Origin: the human T2T-CHM13v2.0 reference genome, Homo sapiens
Assembly (NCBI RefSeq): GCF_009914755.1
Contig: NC_060931.1
Length of the DNA: 64,000 nt
Reading direction: 5' to 3' (one strand)
Numbering within the stretch: the stretch's first letter is position 1; every line of letters starts with the position of its first letter. A program made the translations under genes and the position numbers. Below, in pieces: positions 14,777-27,738 of the stretch. The notes below the pieces were generated by a model. The model made no database searches and was not told where the DNA came from. It saw nothing but the letters and a program-made list of their open reading frames with translations.

Positions 14777-16670
14777 TCAAATCATTGATTCTTCAGTCAC
14801 AACAAGGGAGTTATATTGGGTTTTAAGATACGTAAGTTTGACAGAAGCTATGAACTGCTTTATAAATTTAAGAAACCAATTTAATATACAAGGCCCGAAG
14901 ACTAAACCTAACAAGAGGAGGAGAAGGGGTCCCGCCAATCCAGTGATTAGAGTAGTTAGCCATAGATTCCAGTTAAACATGTTTTGGTACCAGGGGTGTT
15001 ATTTTCCAATTCCTGTTAGCGTCTATCTAGATTTTCTCGAACTTTTTGGAGAGTATCCTTTATGACCCCAGACTGATTGGCATAGAAACAACAACTCTCT
15101 CCTAGAGCTGCGCATAACCCTCCTTGGGAGAGAAATAGCAGATCTAGGCCTCGGGGGTTTTGAAGTACTACTTCAGCTAGAGACTCTACCTGGGTATGTA
15201 GCATATTTATGGCTGACTGGAGATTGCTTAAATCAGCATCTACTTGCTGAGACAGAGACATTAGTCCAGTTTCTCCCTGAACCAGGGCAGCCGTGCCAAT
15301 GGCTGCTGATCCAGCTATGCTAAGGCTGGCCAGAAGGGGTACGAAGAGTGGGGCGGCTCTGCGAAACCTGGAATGTAACTCAGGGGGAGCGATGAGAAGT
15401 CACCCTTCTGACCCGCTGTACACGTAAACTTGGGGCAGTATATGAACTAACACGCACAGGAGAGGTCCAGGTTCAGTCCCATTGATGCAATGAGTGAGCC
15501 TGAAGTGTAGGCCAGCCAGGTATTGTTGGGTGCCTGGTAGGAGACTGAGGTGTTTAAGGAAGTAAGTAGAGACTGATTACAGGTAGCCTGAAAGGGAGAA
15601 GCAGATAAGTTATACCTGGTGCTAATTCGACAGGAGGCGTTCCCTGACACGTCTCCTAGTGTAAGGGCATGGGGGCATGTACGACAAGAAAGAGAGTCAA
15701 TTTTAATCATGGCTTCTACTCCTAATCCAACATAACGTGGGGGTTTGGCCTTTAGGCACAACCAACAATCCTGGGCTAATTTAGTCTGGGTGAGATTAAG
15801 GAGGTGATGCACCCCATCCAGAATGGACATCAGGCTGGGTTGGAGATGTCGTTGTAACTGAGATCTGGGAACAAGGAGGGGCAGCGGGATAGTTAAATCG
15901 ACCCTGTCTGGGTGTCTTTGGAACATAGGGTCACCTAAATCAGTTAAAGGTCCGATTGGCTTAGGAGGGCTCCATGGGACCAGGACCTTTTTCTGAATGG
16001 TGAACATAGTTCCAACATCAAATCCTGAGATACAAAGTCTTAATCCCCATGACATGCCATAATACCATTGAGCTGAACCAGGGTTACGGACAGTTATAGT
16101 AAGAGGGTTACAATTTCCCATAGTTCACGGTCTAGGACGGGAAGTGCGAGTTATGGAGAGGGTTGAGGACCGGGTTGATCCTCCAGGGAAAATGGCTAGG
16201 GTTACACACGACCAGTGAGGGCAGAAAAACTGGTAAGAATCTCGACAGCTAGAGGAGTCAGGGCGATTTCCAGGACAGAGGTAAAAGTCAACGCTCTGGA
16301 GTCCTTTTTCTGCACCTCTAGAGATCCCACATCCAGTCCAGCTTCCTGTGTGTCCACATCCTGCAGCAAGGTCGACATTTCCCACTCCCATGACCGGCAG
16401 GTTGCATTGTTCTTCGTGGGTACAGACAGGCTCTGGGAACAAAGCACATAAATCGACTGCAAGAGAGACTTCCTTTGAGGTTCCTGCCTTCCAAGTAGTT
16501 TTTGCAAACACATGTCCTGTCGTGAAAGAAGTGAGGAGAAAAGAGTAGGATGGAGCAGAAGGTATAATAGGCAGAAACAAACAAAAGAGGTAAATAAAAA
16601 GAATTAATTTGATGGCTTCACTCAACTTAGGCACAGTTTTAAAGGGCCTGGCCTAGGCTTGGGGACCCAA
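14777..16670 (-). pseudogene. env: HERV-T env, disrupted
   Basis: Signal peptide, CWLC, furin site RFRR (15358-15369), ISD LQNPRGLDL, CX6CC (CAALGESCC) and TM helix. Start appears mutated to TTG; stops near 16653, 16125 and 15016; frameshift near 15490. Confidence 0.93.
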
Positions 16671-19600
16671 GTTTCCTGCTGGGCTCTGTTGGCCTTTTTG
16701 ATGTGAGAGTGATGAATCCAAGCAGGAATGCCATCCACCTTTAGAGTCATTGGCATGGTGAGGATGACAGTATGAGGTCCTTTCAAGGCAGGAGTGAGTC
16801 CTTCTTTCTGGAACTTTTTAACATACACCAGGTCACCCGGCTGGAAAAAGTGGCAGGGCTCACTCTGGTCAGGAGCTGGATTAGAGTGTGCTCCCCAGAC
16901 AAGTGGCTGGATGATGACTCGTACCTGTTGGAGAGACTGCAAGTACTGTAACAAATTAGCTTGTGAGATTTCTGCTAAATGGGTATCCCTTAGCTTAGGC
17001 AAGATAGGCGGAGCCCTTCCATACATGATTTCAAAAGGTGAAAACCCAGCCCAATATGGGGTGCATCTTACTCTAAGAAGGGCTAAAGGAAGGAGCTTTA
17101 CCTAATTCTCACCGGTCTCTAGGATTAACTTAGTAAGAGTACTTTTTAGGGTGCAGCTCATGTGTTCTACCTGTCCAGAGCTCTGGGGTCGATAGGCACA
17201 ATGGAGTTTCCATTGAATGTTTAATGTCTTGCTAACCAACTGAGCTATGGACGAGGTGAAGGCTGGTCCATTATCAGACCCTATGGCAACAGGCAGCCCA
17301 GGTCGAGGGATGATTTCATTGAGTAAAAGCCTAACTGCCGTGGTGGCAGTTTCGTTTTTGGTGGCAAATGCCTCAGTCCATCCTGAAAAGGTGTCTACTA
17401 GCACTAGGAGGTATTTATACTCTGCCTGCTGTGGTTTCATTTCTGTAAAGTCAACTTCCCACCTTTCTCCTGGCAAGCCTTCCTGGAGGCGGTGGCCTGG
17501 GCTGGGCTTGGGACCTTGTTTGGCATTTACCTGACCACAAGCCATACACTGGAGAGCTAGCTGCTTGGTTAGTTAAGTCCTGAAGGTGGGGGATCTTGAA
17601 ATGGCTCCTTAGAACCTGGGCCAGTTTTACTCCTCCCAAATGGGTGGTAGAATGCAGACGACTATTAAAGTTTTCCTGAGGGTTTGGGGCATGAAGATTC
17701 TGGAATCAGGAAGAATCTGCCAACCTTCCTGATTTTTACTGGCCTGAAGATGCAAAGCTCGTTTTTCTTCCTCTGGGGAGTATTCTGGGTGGTCTGGTAA
17801 GTGAGGTTGAGGAAAGGACACAGCAGGCAGCAGGGTCAAAGGCATGACCGGGAGCCGAGCTGACTCTCCCGCTGCAGAGTCTGTTCTTTGGTTACCACAG
17901 ACAACGGCTGAGTCTTCTCTTTGATGTCCCTTGCAATGAATTACAGCCACCTGCTGAAGAAGTCAAACAGCTTCAAGCAGAGCCAAAATTTCTTCTTTGT
18001 TTTTAACAGTCTTTCCTGCTGAGGTGAGTAGCCCTCGCTCTTGATAGATGGCTCCGTGTACATGTACAGTAGCAAAAGAATACCTGCTGTCAGTGTAGAT
18101 GTCAATACGTTTGTCCTTACCCCATCGGAGAGCCTGAGTGAGGGTGACCAATTCAGCCTTCTGTGCCAAGTTACCTGCCGGCAGTGCCTGGGCCTGCGGT
18201 ATATCTGTCTCCATAGTAACGGCTGCACCAGCCTTTCATACTCCCTGTTCAAGGAAACTGCTACTGTCTGTAAACACAGTGGCATCTGCCTCCTTTAGAG
18301 GCACATCTTGGAGATCAGGTCAGCCAGTTTCTGTAGTCTCTAACAGTTCTTGGCAGTCATGGACAGGTGTGGTAAGGTCTGGATCAGGGAGCAAGGTAGC
18401 TGGATTTAAACACCTTGTGGGAGAGAAAGTTAAACAAGACTGATCTAACAGTAAACTCTGATATTGTAGGATGCGAGCACGCAACATCCATTTGCCAGAA
18501 GCACTTCGTAGCAAATTCTCTATGGCATGAGGAGCTGTAAGTGTTAAATTCAGGCCCAGAGTAAGTTTATCAGCCTCCTGGACCAGGCTTGCTGTTGCCC
18601 CTAGGGCTCATAGACAACTTGGCCACCCAGAGGCCACAGGGTCCAGTCTTTCAGACATATATAGGCCACTGGGCATCACCATGGTCCCAAAGTCTGAGTA
18701 AGTACCCCTTTAGCAAATCCCTGGCTCTCATGAACAAAAAGGTGAAATGGTTTTGAGATATTTGGGAGGGCAAGAGCAGGGGCCTCAGTTAATGCCATCT
18801 TTAAATTTTGAAAAGCCTGCTCTTCTTTGTCAGTCCAAACTAGTGGGCCATTTCCTCCAGTAGCAGAATACAGGGGCTTGGCAATTTCTGCGAACCCCAA
18901 TATCCATAAATGACAGTATCCCACGGCCCCCAGGAATTCACATACCTGTCTCTTGGTGGTGGGAGTGGGGATCCACAGGATGGCTTCCTTTTGAGCACTA
19001 GTGAGTGCCCTTTTTCCTTTGTTTATCTCGTACCCTAAGTAGGAAACTCTGGGAAGACAAAGCTAGGCCTTCTTGGCTGAGACCCAATACCCAAGTTCCT
19101 GAAGGAGGTAAAGTAGGTCCCTAGTGTGTTGCAGGCAGCTGTCAGTAGTTTCAGTAGCCAAAAACAGGTCGTCCATGTACTGGAGGAGAGTGCAGTTAGG
19201 GTGACTGGCTCGGAATGGTATAAGATCTTGTTGGAGGGTTTCCCCAAAAAGGGTGGGGGAATTTTTAAAACCCTGGGGTAACTGAGTCCAGGTTAATTGG
19301 GTGGTGTCTCCTGAGCCAGGATCTGTCCATTCAAAAGCAAAGATAGGTTGGCTTTTGGGGGCCAGAGGAATAGCAAAGAAAGCATCCTTTAAGTCAAGGA
19401 CACTGTATGCTGTATGTTCTGGTGGAAGCAGGCTGAGTAAAGTATAAGGGTTAGGGACAGTTGGATGGATGGTGACTGTCTGCTTGTTAACTTCCCGCAA
19501 GTCCTGTACTGGCTGGTAATCATTTGTTCCAGGTTTCTGGACTGGCAAAAATAGAGTATTCCAGGTGGACTGACATGGTGTGAGTATACCAGCTTGTAAT

Positions 19601-20229
19601 AGTCAATGAATATGGGGACTGATTCCCTCTCTAGCCTGCTGACTCATAGGATATTGTTTTACTTGGACTGGCAGGGCAGTGGCCAGGAGTTCTACAACTA
19701 CTGGCAGATGGTGCTTTGCCAGTCCCGTGCAGTTTGACTCGGCCCAGACGCGAGGAAAGAGGGTCTGTAAATCCAGTAGGAGAGGATTGGTTTTATTCTC
19801 CAGTGGTTGTGAGGGTGAAACTAAGAGATACTCCTCCAACAGAGGGGTGGTTAGCAGGAGCTGGGCGGTAGGGGGTGTTGGGTCCCCTAACGTGAGGTGA
19901 GCTTGTTGGGCGGAGAAGGAGATGGATGCCTTCAGCTTATGAAGCAGGTCTTGTCCGAGGAGGGGGAAGGGGCACTCTGGGACCACAAGAAACGAGTGGG
20001 TTACTCTTTTCTGTCCCAAACTCACCTCTCGTGAGTGGGTGACACGATATTCCTGAATAGCTCCAGTAGCCCCTTGCACAGCCACCTTATTATTAGAGAC
20101 ACTGCCCAAGGGTGTTTGCAGTACTGACTGTTCCACCCCAGTGTCAATTAGGAAGTGTACAGGCTGGCCCCCAACTGTGACGGTCACCATGGGCTCCTGG
20201 GGGCCAAGGGAGAGGGAGCCCCAGCCCCG
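16622..20229 (-). pseudogene. pol: HERV-T pro-pol (PR, RT, RNase H, IN), multiply frameshifted
   Basis: LIDTG protease; [12 protein letters not shown] and YMDD of RT; IYTDSRY of RNase H; [21 protein letters not shown] of integrase, spread over several ORF fragments. Confidence 0.95.
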
Positions 20230-21782
20230 TCAATCATCAGATTCCTCCACAGTGGGGAGGATGAGGATCTTTTTCTTTTCTGTTTTTTCTTCTGGTTTTA
20301 ATGGGCATTTCTTTTTCCAGTGTCCAATCTGTTTGCAATACATGCACTGGTTTCTTTGTAGGGGAGCCCACTCACCTTTTTGGCCTTTCTGGTGGGGACC
20401 CGGGGTCCCCTGGCCAGTGTTTTGTGATGGGGGCCCTTTCTTCTTGCCCCCCTGGATGGTGGCTACTAAGATTTTTGCCTGTCTTTTTGATGCTTTGTCA
20501 GCAGTTCTTTCAGCTACCTGGGCTGCCTGTTCTTGCTTTTCAAACTCTCGATTGTCATAAACTTTCTGGGCTATTTCTAAGAAGTTGGCTGGTGTTCATT
20601 CCAGCAAATCCTTCCAGCTTTTGTAATTTTCTTTTAATATCAGGGGCTGCCTGAGTCATAAATGCCAAATCAATAGCACAGCTATTCTCGGGAGCCGCGG
20701 GGTCAAAAGGGGTGTAAGTCCGATGGGCCTCTGGGAGGCATTCTAGAAACGCTCCTGGTGACTCATCAGGCCCCTGGACAACTTCAGTTGTCTTGGACAG
20801 ATTCATGGGTTTTCCAGTGGCTCCCTTGATACCCGCAAGGAGATACTGGTGAAAATCATCCAAAGCTGTCTTCCCACCTGAGGAATTTGGATCCCAATCA
20901 GGCCGGGTAGAGGGAAAAGCCTCCTCAAGGAGGTCCTGGGCTTCCTCCTCTGGTCTACCGGCTGATGTGAGAAAATACTTTCTGGCCTCTCTTCGGATAC
21001 GGTCCCTCTCTTCAGAGGTGAAAAGCGTTAAAAGGAGTTGCTGACAGTCATTCCTGGTGGGCCAGTGAGTCCAGAGCACGGACTCCATCAGTGAAGTCAA
21101 GACCTGGGGCTTTTCAGAGAAGGGGGGATTATGAGCCTTCCAATTATACAGGTCAGAAGTAGAGAAGGGGACATAAACTAAAAATGGAGCAGTGCGCTCA
21201 CTCTCCAGAGGGATTTGGGCATCTCTCAACAGGAGGAGGGGGGCCACTGCCTCCGGCCGAGGCTGCAATCGGGTGGCTATAGGCGGAGAGGCCACAGGGG
21301 ATGTAGTCGAGGAGACAAGGGAAGATTCTGGGGAAGCAGGAGGGTTGTAGGACAGTGGACCTACAGCTGTCCTCTTCTTCAGAAGGAGGCATTACAGGAG
21401 GAGCCGAGGGAGCTGAGGGTTTGGGCAGAAGTGCGGTCTGGCTCAAAGGACCTTGGAGGTGGGATCATGAATGGCACATGAGCGGAGCCATGGAGGAGGG
21501 CTCCGGACCAACTCTAGCCATTGATCAATGTAGGGAAACTGATTAGGGTGTCAGGAGTTTCAGCAACGACCCGCCACAGAGCCTGGACAGTTGTGGGGTT
21601 CAGTGACCCTTCTGGGGGCCACCCGGTTCCAAATTGTGGCCAATCTACTTCACAGAGTGTCTGGAGTTTGCCTTTTTTAAGGTGGACTCCGTAATCCTCT
21701 GAGAAGCCCAGAGAGAAGTACATTGTAACATACATTGGAAAGGGCTCCAATCTCTACGGGGCCGGGAAGAAGAGTTTCCCAT
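20230..21782 (-). pseudogene. gag: HERV-T gag, frameshifted
   Basis: MGNSSS myristoylation-type start at 21782; CA motifs YVPFSTSDLYNWK and VQGPDESPGAFLE; zinc knuckle CMYCKQIGHWKKKC; TGA at 20232-20230. Confidence 0.93.
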
Positions 21783-22972
21783 TCTGGAGGCAATTAACAA
21801 GGTTTCAGCAGAAATATTAAACCCAGCACGGACAGAGATATTCACAGCCTGGGAGGCTGTAGTATCGGAAGAACAGAAGTATTATAGCTAGAAGAAGTAG
21901 GAAAACAGCTATAGCTAATGCTTCTTGCCACATAAGATCTGCCTCCTCAAGTACCCCCCCTCTCTTCTTGACTTACAGCCCAAATATCTGTGGTGTCTCC
22001 ACGACTGAAAGGCAGAAAGTTCAAACTCAGCCCTTTCTTTTAAGGGTTTTAGGAGGGAGAGCAGAGCCAAGTCTTGGAGGCGCTGGACTTGCTGTGACAC
22101 AGGAAAAGGAGATGTACGGGGTAAGGGATGGGGATGAGGAGGAAAGGGGCCACTCGGGTCTTTCCTAAGGTAAGAGAGTAGCCACGGAGGGATAGAATAA
22201 GAGTCCAGATGGAGTAAAGCAGTATGGGCGTAGGTTTCTCTGCACAGTGCCTTATTTAAGGGCACGGGAAAAGTTATGGTATGACAGAAAAGGTGAGCAA
22301 GGAGGTCTGCAGGGTGGCTATTTTGAATCCACCACTGGTCTAAGGAGGAGATGGTCCAGTCATTGGGGTGTGGAGTATGGCAATCTAAATGCCAGCAATC
22401 TTTATTGTGCCAGAAATCCCAAACGGGTGAATGTCTTCCACACCCCTCCCCATAACAACACCTGATTTGTGTCTGACAGAAAAGGCAGGACTGGGATGGC
22501 CAGCGCAAACGACTGATGAGAGATTTGACCTCCTGAGATATCAAATCTGTACTGAGGACCTTGAAGAAGTCCTTGCCCAGTTGTCATAGGCAGTATCGGC
22601 GACCGGACATACAAAATTTAGACAGACACCAAACAGGACAATAGACACTAGGATATATAAACAAGTATGACAATTTTTATAGACAGACAAGGGGAGGGGG
22701 TCCCGTGATGGGATCAGTCAGAGGCCCGCCTCGCTGCTCCCCTTGCGGGGACTTAGGCTCTTCTTGGCATTGGCAGGCCGGTATAAACCCCTGGCTTGGA
22801 TCGAGCTATGCCCCATGCTGCCTTAAGCCTTATGAGGTCCCCATGGAACCGCAGGTGAGGGCCCACTCGAACTCCGTAGCTTACAACATGGAGCTACAAA
22901 CTGGAAATTCAAGCGCAAGCCCTTGAACTCCACATTCACTCATTCACTCACACAGAGTTTACTACAATTTTT

Positions 22973-23365
22973 ACATATATATATATATACACATATATAT
23001 ATATATACACATATATATATATACACATATATATATATATACACATATATATATATATACACATATATATATATATATATATATGTATATACTCGTTCTA
23101 AAATGGAGGTCTCCTAGAGACCTGAACAAGAGAAGGAGAATATATATATATATACATATATATATACACACACATATACATATACACACACATATATATG
23201 TATATATATATGCTTCTCTGTTAAGTCTCTATATATATACATATATATAGAGAGACGTCTCTCTATATATAAACATATATATGTATGTATATATACACAT
23301 ATATGTGTATATATACACACACATATATATGTGTGTGTTTATATATATATATAGAGAGAGAGAGA
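22973..23365. repeat. (TA)n/(TATATACA)n microsatellite blocks within the proviral leader
   Basis: Two visible blocks separated by about 48 bp of viral sequence. Confidence 0.95.
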
Positions 23366-23681
23366 AGCTTAACAGAGAAACATGACAGAAACCAGGACTC
23401 TGTCCTCCAGCATCCTGGAATATGGACAGAGTCTGAGGGAGGACCCTCGTCATGGCCATTTCCCTCCCAGAAAGACAGAGTCAGATCTGACTTACCTTCC
23501 TGAGACCAGAGATTGAGGACTCAGGAGTTGAATTTGGCCGGGCACAACGGCAGTCAATCCGTTCCCCTCCAGAAGACGGTGGCCTACAGGGCCCTGGAAC
23601 GTCTTCAGGGGGTGCCTCCCCTATAAGCCCGCCGTCTGTCCAGGGGAGCCCAGAGCGAGTCCGGTCTTCACCCACTAGCAG

Positions 23682-23699
23682 ATCTCACTGGGGCCTCCA
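23682..23699 (-). promoter_or_regulatory. Primer-binding site complementary to a tRNA-Thr 3' end
   Basis: TGGAGGCCCCAGTGAGAT, 2 nt downstream of the 5' LTR; resembles the complement of tRNA-Thr ...CTCGCTGGGGCCTCCA with one CpG-type change. Confidence 0.88.
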
Positions 23700-23701
23700 A
23701 A

Positions 23702-24225
23702 TGTTGTAACCAAGCAAGTTATAGAGAAACGCCACACTCTGAGACTAATTCAGGAGTTCTTTTATTGCCAGTGACCGAGAGATGGCTAGAGCTCAAAATT
23801 CTCTCAGCCCCGAAGAAGGGGATAGATTTCTTTTTATACCGTGGTCTAAATAGGGCAGGGGGAGCCTAGCTGAAGCAATTTTTACAGAAGCAGAACACGC
23901 AAAAAGTTAAAAAAAATTAATGGTTACAGAGATAGTTACAGAAAAATACACAGTTCCAGGTGCAGGGGCTTAAACTATCACAAAGAGATAAATGCAGGGG
24001 CTTGGGTACCATCCACTGAGCACGTCCCCAGGAGCTGCTGGTACAGCTTGCCTCAATATCTTATCAGTAAGTGCATTCCTGGATGTGCTTGGAGTCAGCT
24101 TGCACTAGTTATTCCCTTAAGGGAGGGGGATAAGGGGACTGCAAGTGAAGAGGCTAAAATGGAGTCTGTCCAGCTCTCTCAGCTGAGAGAGAGTCACTCA
24201 GATTAAAACAGGATAGGGTATCCCA
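23702..24225 (-). mobile_element. 5' LTR (LTR6-type)
   Basis: TG...CA ends; TATAAAAA (23838-23831) and AATAAA (about 23766-23761) on the minus strand; adjacent PBS. Confidence 0.93.
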
Positions 24226-24699
24226 GATAGACAGTTCATTAGATATGTAACTGATGATAGATAGACTACTTTTATGGCTCCTCCCATGTCCATTAAAACT
24301 AAAACCGTGTGTGATTATGTTTCCTTGAATCATTACCACTTTTTTCTTCCTAAGCACATTAACTTCCTATTTCACCATAGAAACTTTCAATATTTTTTCA
24401 GAAACTCAGGGCTTTTGGGTATGCCCTCCCACTGTCTAGTTTTTGTGCTTTCTTTTGGAGTCCTCTCTGGAGGCCACAACCATTTTTGGAGCATGCCCAG
24501 CAGAGGAAGTGGTGGATCTAGTTCCTCCTGGAATGGCTTTGGTGATGCTCTTTGCTGTGGATCAACTACAATCTGCTCCAACACCCCTTCCTCCTTTCTT
24601 TTTTCTTTGCCTCACCTCCTCTCCCACATCTCTATTCCTCCCAGCCTTTCTTCACTCCTCTGTACGCCCATCATTCTCCTCCACCTCCAAGGTCACAGG

Positions 24700-25217
24700 C
24701 ATCACCATGTAAGCCTCCCATCCCAGAAAACCAGCCTCCAAGATAACCCCATGATCCCCACCTTCTTGTATGTACATCCTTGTGTAGGACCCTCCTGCAC
24801 TGAGCAGGGCTGAGCTGTGTTAGCACTGGGATATATGGGAATGACAAGGTGGCATGTGACTTCCAAAGTTAATGTCACTTTGCTGTCTTGGATTACTAAG
24901 CCAGCTGTCATGTTGTGAGGAGGCTCAAGTTGTCCTATGGGGGGTCCTGTAGCAAGGAACTGAGCTCTCCTGCTGACAGCCAGCAGTACCTTCCCAACCA
25001 TTAGAGTGAGTCACCCTAGAAGCAAATTCTCCAGCTCCAGTGCATCCTTTAGATAACTGCCACTCTGGTCACTATCTTATCTACAACCTCATGAGAAACC
25101 TCAGCCAGAACCACCCAGCTAAGTTGCCTCTGAATTCCTGAGCCACAGAAACTGGGAGATAATGTTTACTGTTTAAGACTTTAAATTTGGAGTAATTTGC
25201 TATTCAGCCATAGAAAG
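24700..25217. mobile_element. MaLR LTR (MLT1-type)
   Basis: CAGAACCACCCAGCTAAG...GAATTCCTGA...CACAGAAACT...TAATTTGCTATTCAGC motifs. Confidence 0.7.
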
Positions 25218-25449
25218 TGACACTCATTTCTTCGTGCCCGACACTGCTGTCTCTGTGGTTTCACATCCCTGTGGTTAAAGCTCTCCAAGGGCTCATCACT
25301 AATTTCAGGATAAAATCTAAATCCCTTAACATAGCATAGGTTTTTTACAAACTGCCTCCTGTGTGCCTCTCAGCCCCATCCGGCCCACTCTGCCTTTCCT
25401 CCCTGCATCACTCCAGCTACTCTGAAACATACTGCACCTTCCTAAATGC

Positions 25450-25660
25450 GGACAGATAAAATTGACAGACTTTTCATAGGATGCCCAGTGAAATTTGAAT
25501 TTCAGATAAACAATGAATAATGTGTGTGGTTATACAATATTTGGGACATACTTATACTAAAAATATTGCATGACACATATTCTTCAAAGTTATTATTTTA
25601 TCTGAAATTCACATTTAATAGGGCATCTTGTACTTTCCGTTGCTAAATCTGGCAACCCTA
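25450..25660. mobile_element. MER53-like palindromic hAT element
   Basis: GGATGCCCAGTGAAATTTGAATTTCAGATAAACAA with inverted counterpart ending ATCTGGCAACCCTA. Confidence 0.75.
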
Positions 25661-25984
25661 CAGATGTGAGCTGTTCACTTTCAGCTCCTGCTCAGCCCCA
25701 GCTGGATCACTACAGCTCCCCTTGACTAATTCCCTGCCCTACAAGACTCGGCCCAGACATCAGTGCCCCTAGAAAGCCTAGGCTAACTTTTCTGCACAAC
25801 ACACACCTAGGATGGGTCAGATGTGCCTGCTGCAGGCTCCCGCCCACCTGTCACACCTCTCTCACACCACACACTTTGCAAGTATTTGTTCACCTGTCTC
25901 CAGTACTAGACTCTGAGCTTCTTGAGGTCAGGCACTGTCTTACCACGACGTGGCTTCAGTGCCAAAAACATAGTATATTCACAG

Positions 25985-26230
25985 TTTACAATTACTGAAG
26001 ATTTACTCTAAGCTAGTTGCTGTTCTAAGATGTTCTGCATATATCAACTCATTGAATTTTCATATCAAGCCAAAGGAGGTACTATTAATATCCCACTTTT
26101 ACTGGGGAGGAATCTGAGACAGAAATAGGTTTTGTGACTTCTCCAGTGTCATTTGAAAATGGCAGGGAAGTTGGGGTTCAAAGCCAGAAGTCTGACTCCA
26201 GAGCCCACCCTCTAACAAGCTAGACATATT
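25985..26230 (-). mobile_element. MIR
   Basis: Degenerate MIR core and AGTCTGACTCCAGAGCCCA. Confidence 0.65.
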
Positions 26231-26427
26231 GCCTCTTTACAGTGTATGATAAGTGCTTGCCAAATGCATGTAAGAACTGACTATCCAGCTAAGTTTCTCC
26301 AAACTAGATAACTGTCTTTAAGCAGGGACCTTGCTGCCTGTGCCCCTCCCAGCTCTCTCTCCAGTCACCACTACAGAGCACAATGCATGGTGCCTTCTTC
26401 ACAAGCAAATACCTTCTCCCTTCTTCA

Positions 26428-26792
<365 letters not shown>

Positions 26793-27540
26793 GTGGTTAC
26801 AGCATGTGCCTTAGAAATATAAGCCAAGAGAGCACTGTGGTTAATACTGCGAGTTCTAGAGTAAAATTCCCTGGGCTTAGATCCCAACTCTACTGTTTAT
26901 TAGCTGTATAGTTTTGCATGAGGCCCTGAGACTTAAGATTCTTCATTGGAGAATGGAAACGCAGCATCTGGAACATAGCATGTACTCAGTAAATGTCAGC
27001 TGTCACCACTGTCATTGCCAATCCACTCAGGCCATAGGCAGGTATGTGTGGGCCTGGCAAAAGAAGTTAAGACGAGGCTGCAGGCCCTGGGGAGCACGTG
27101 GAGAGGCTGCATTGAGCTGCGCGCTGTGGGGGCTGCACGCCCAGTGAAGCGCGTGAAGAGCGAGTAGTGATGGGTTCTGCGCCACTGGGGCTGTGAACGT
27201 ATGAGGGGCTGTACATGGAGCTGTGTGCAAGGTGGGGGCTGCACGTGCGGGCTTGGGGACTGCGTGCACCAGGGGCTGCAGGCGCTGGGGAGGGTGTGGG
27301 GGGCTGTGCGTGGGGCTGCCCTCACCAAAGGCTGCACGCTCAGGGAAGCGTGGAGGCGGGGGTGCCGCGTGCACTGGGGAGCACGTGAGGGGACATGCAG
27401 GGACTGCCCGTGTGAACGGCTTCAACCGCATGCCCCCCACCCCACAGTCGCCAAGAAGACTGGGAGGTCCGCATCGGCGGTGGGTACAAGTCATTCAGGC
27501 TGCGAGGCGAGTCAGGCCTTTCCAGACCTCGCCGGACTGG

Positions 27541-27738
27541 GCTGGGCTGCGCCGGAAATTGACCGGAACAGGGACTATGAGAAAATAGTTGAGCAATCGA
27601 GGAGTCAGCTGAAAAGCGGAGGCTCAAGAGCCATTTCAAGCTGGGCTGCACCAGAAATTGATTGGAATAGGGACTATGAGAAAATAGTCGGGCAAAGGAG
27701 GAGTAAGCTCAAAAGTGGAGTCTCAAAGCCATTTCAAC
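27541..27738 (+). repeat. 99-bp tandem repeat, block 1 (2 units)
   Basis: Units start GCTGGGCTG at 27541 and 27640. Confidence 0.95.

Larger units (their letters stand above)
14178..24225 (-). mobile_element. Full-length defective HERV-T (HERVS71/LTR6) gammaretrovirus-like provirus
   Basis: Two direct LTRs, PBS-Thr, PPT and gag-pro-pol-env order; env closely resembles the recalled HERV-T Env; 4-bp TSD GATA (14174-14177 and 24226-24229). Confidence 0.95.

Noticed and set aside
21915-22544. 209-aa ORF in the proviral leader as an accessory or glyco-Gag protein
   Set aside because: No recognisable motif, and it stops before gag
22923-23503. Tyr/Ile-rich ORFs (also 13803-14213)
   Set aside because: Microsatellite translations
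14178-24225. Replication-competent or coding-intact provirus
   Set aside because: gag, pol and env all contain stops or frameshifts
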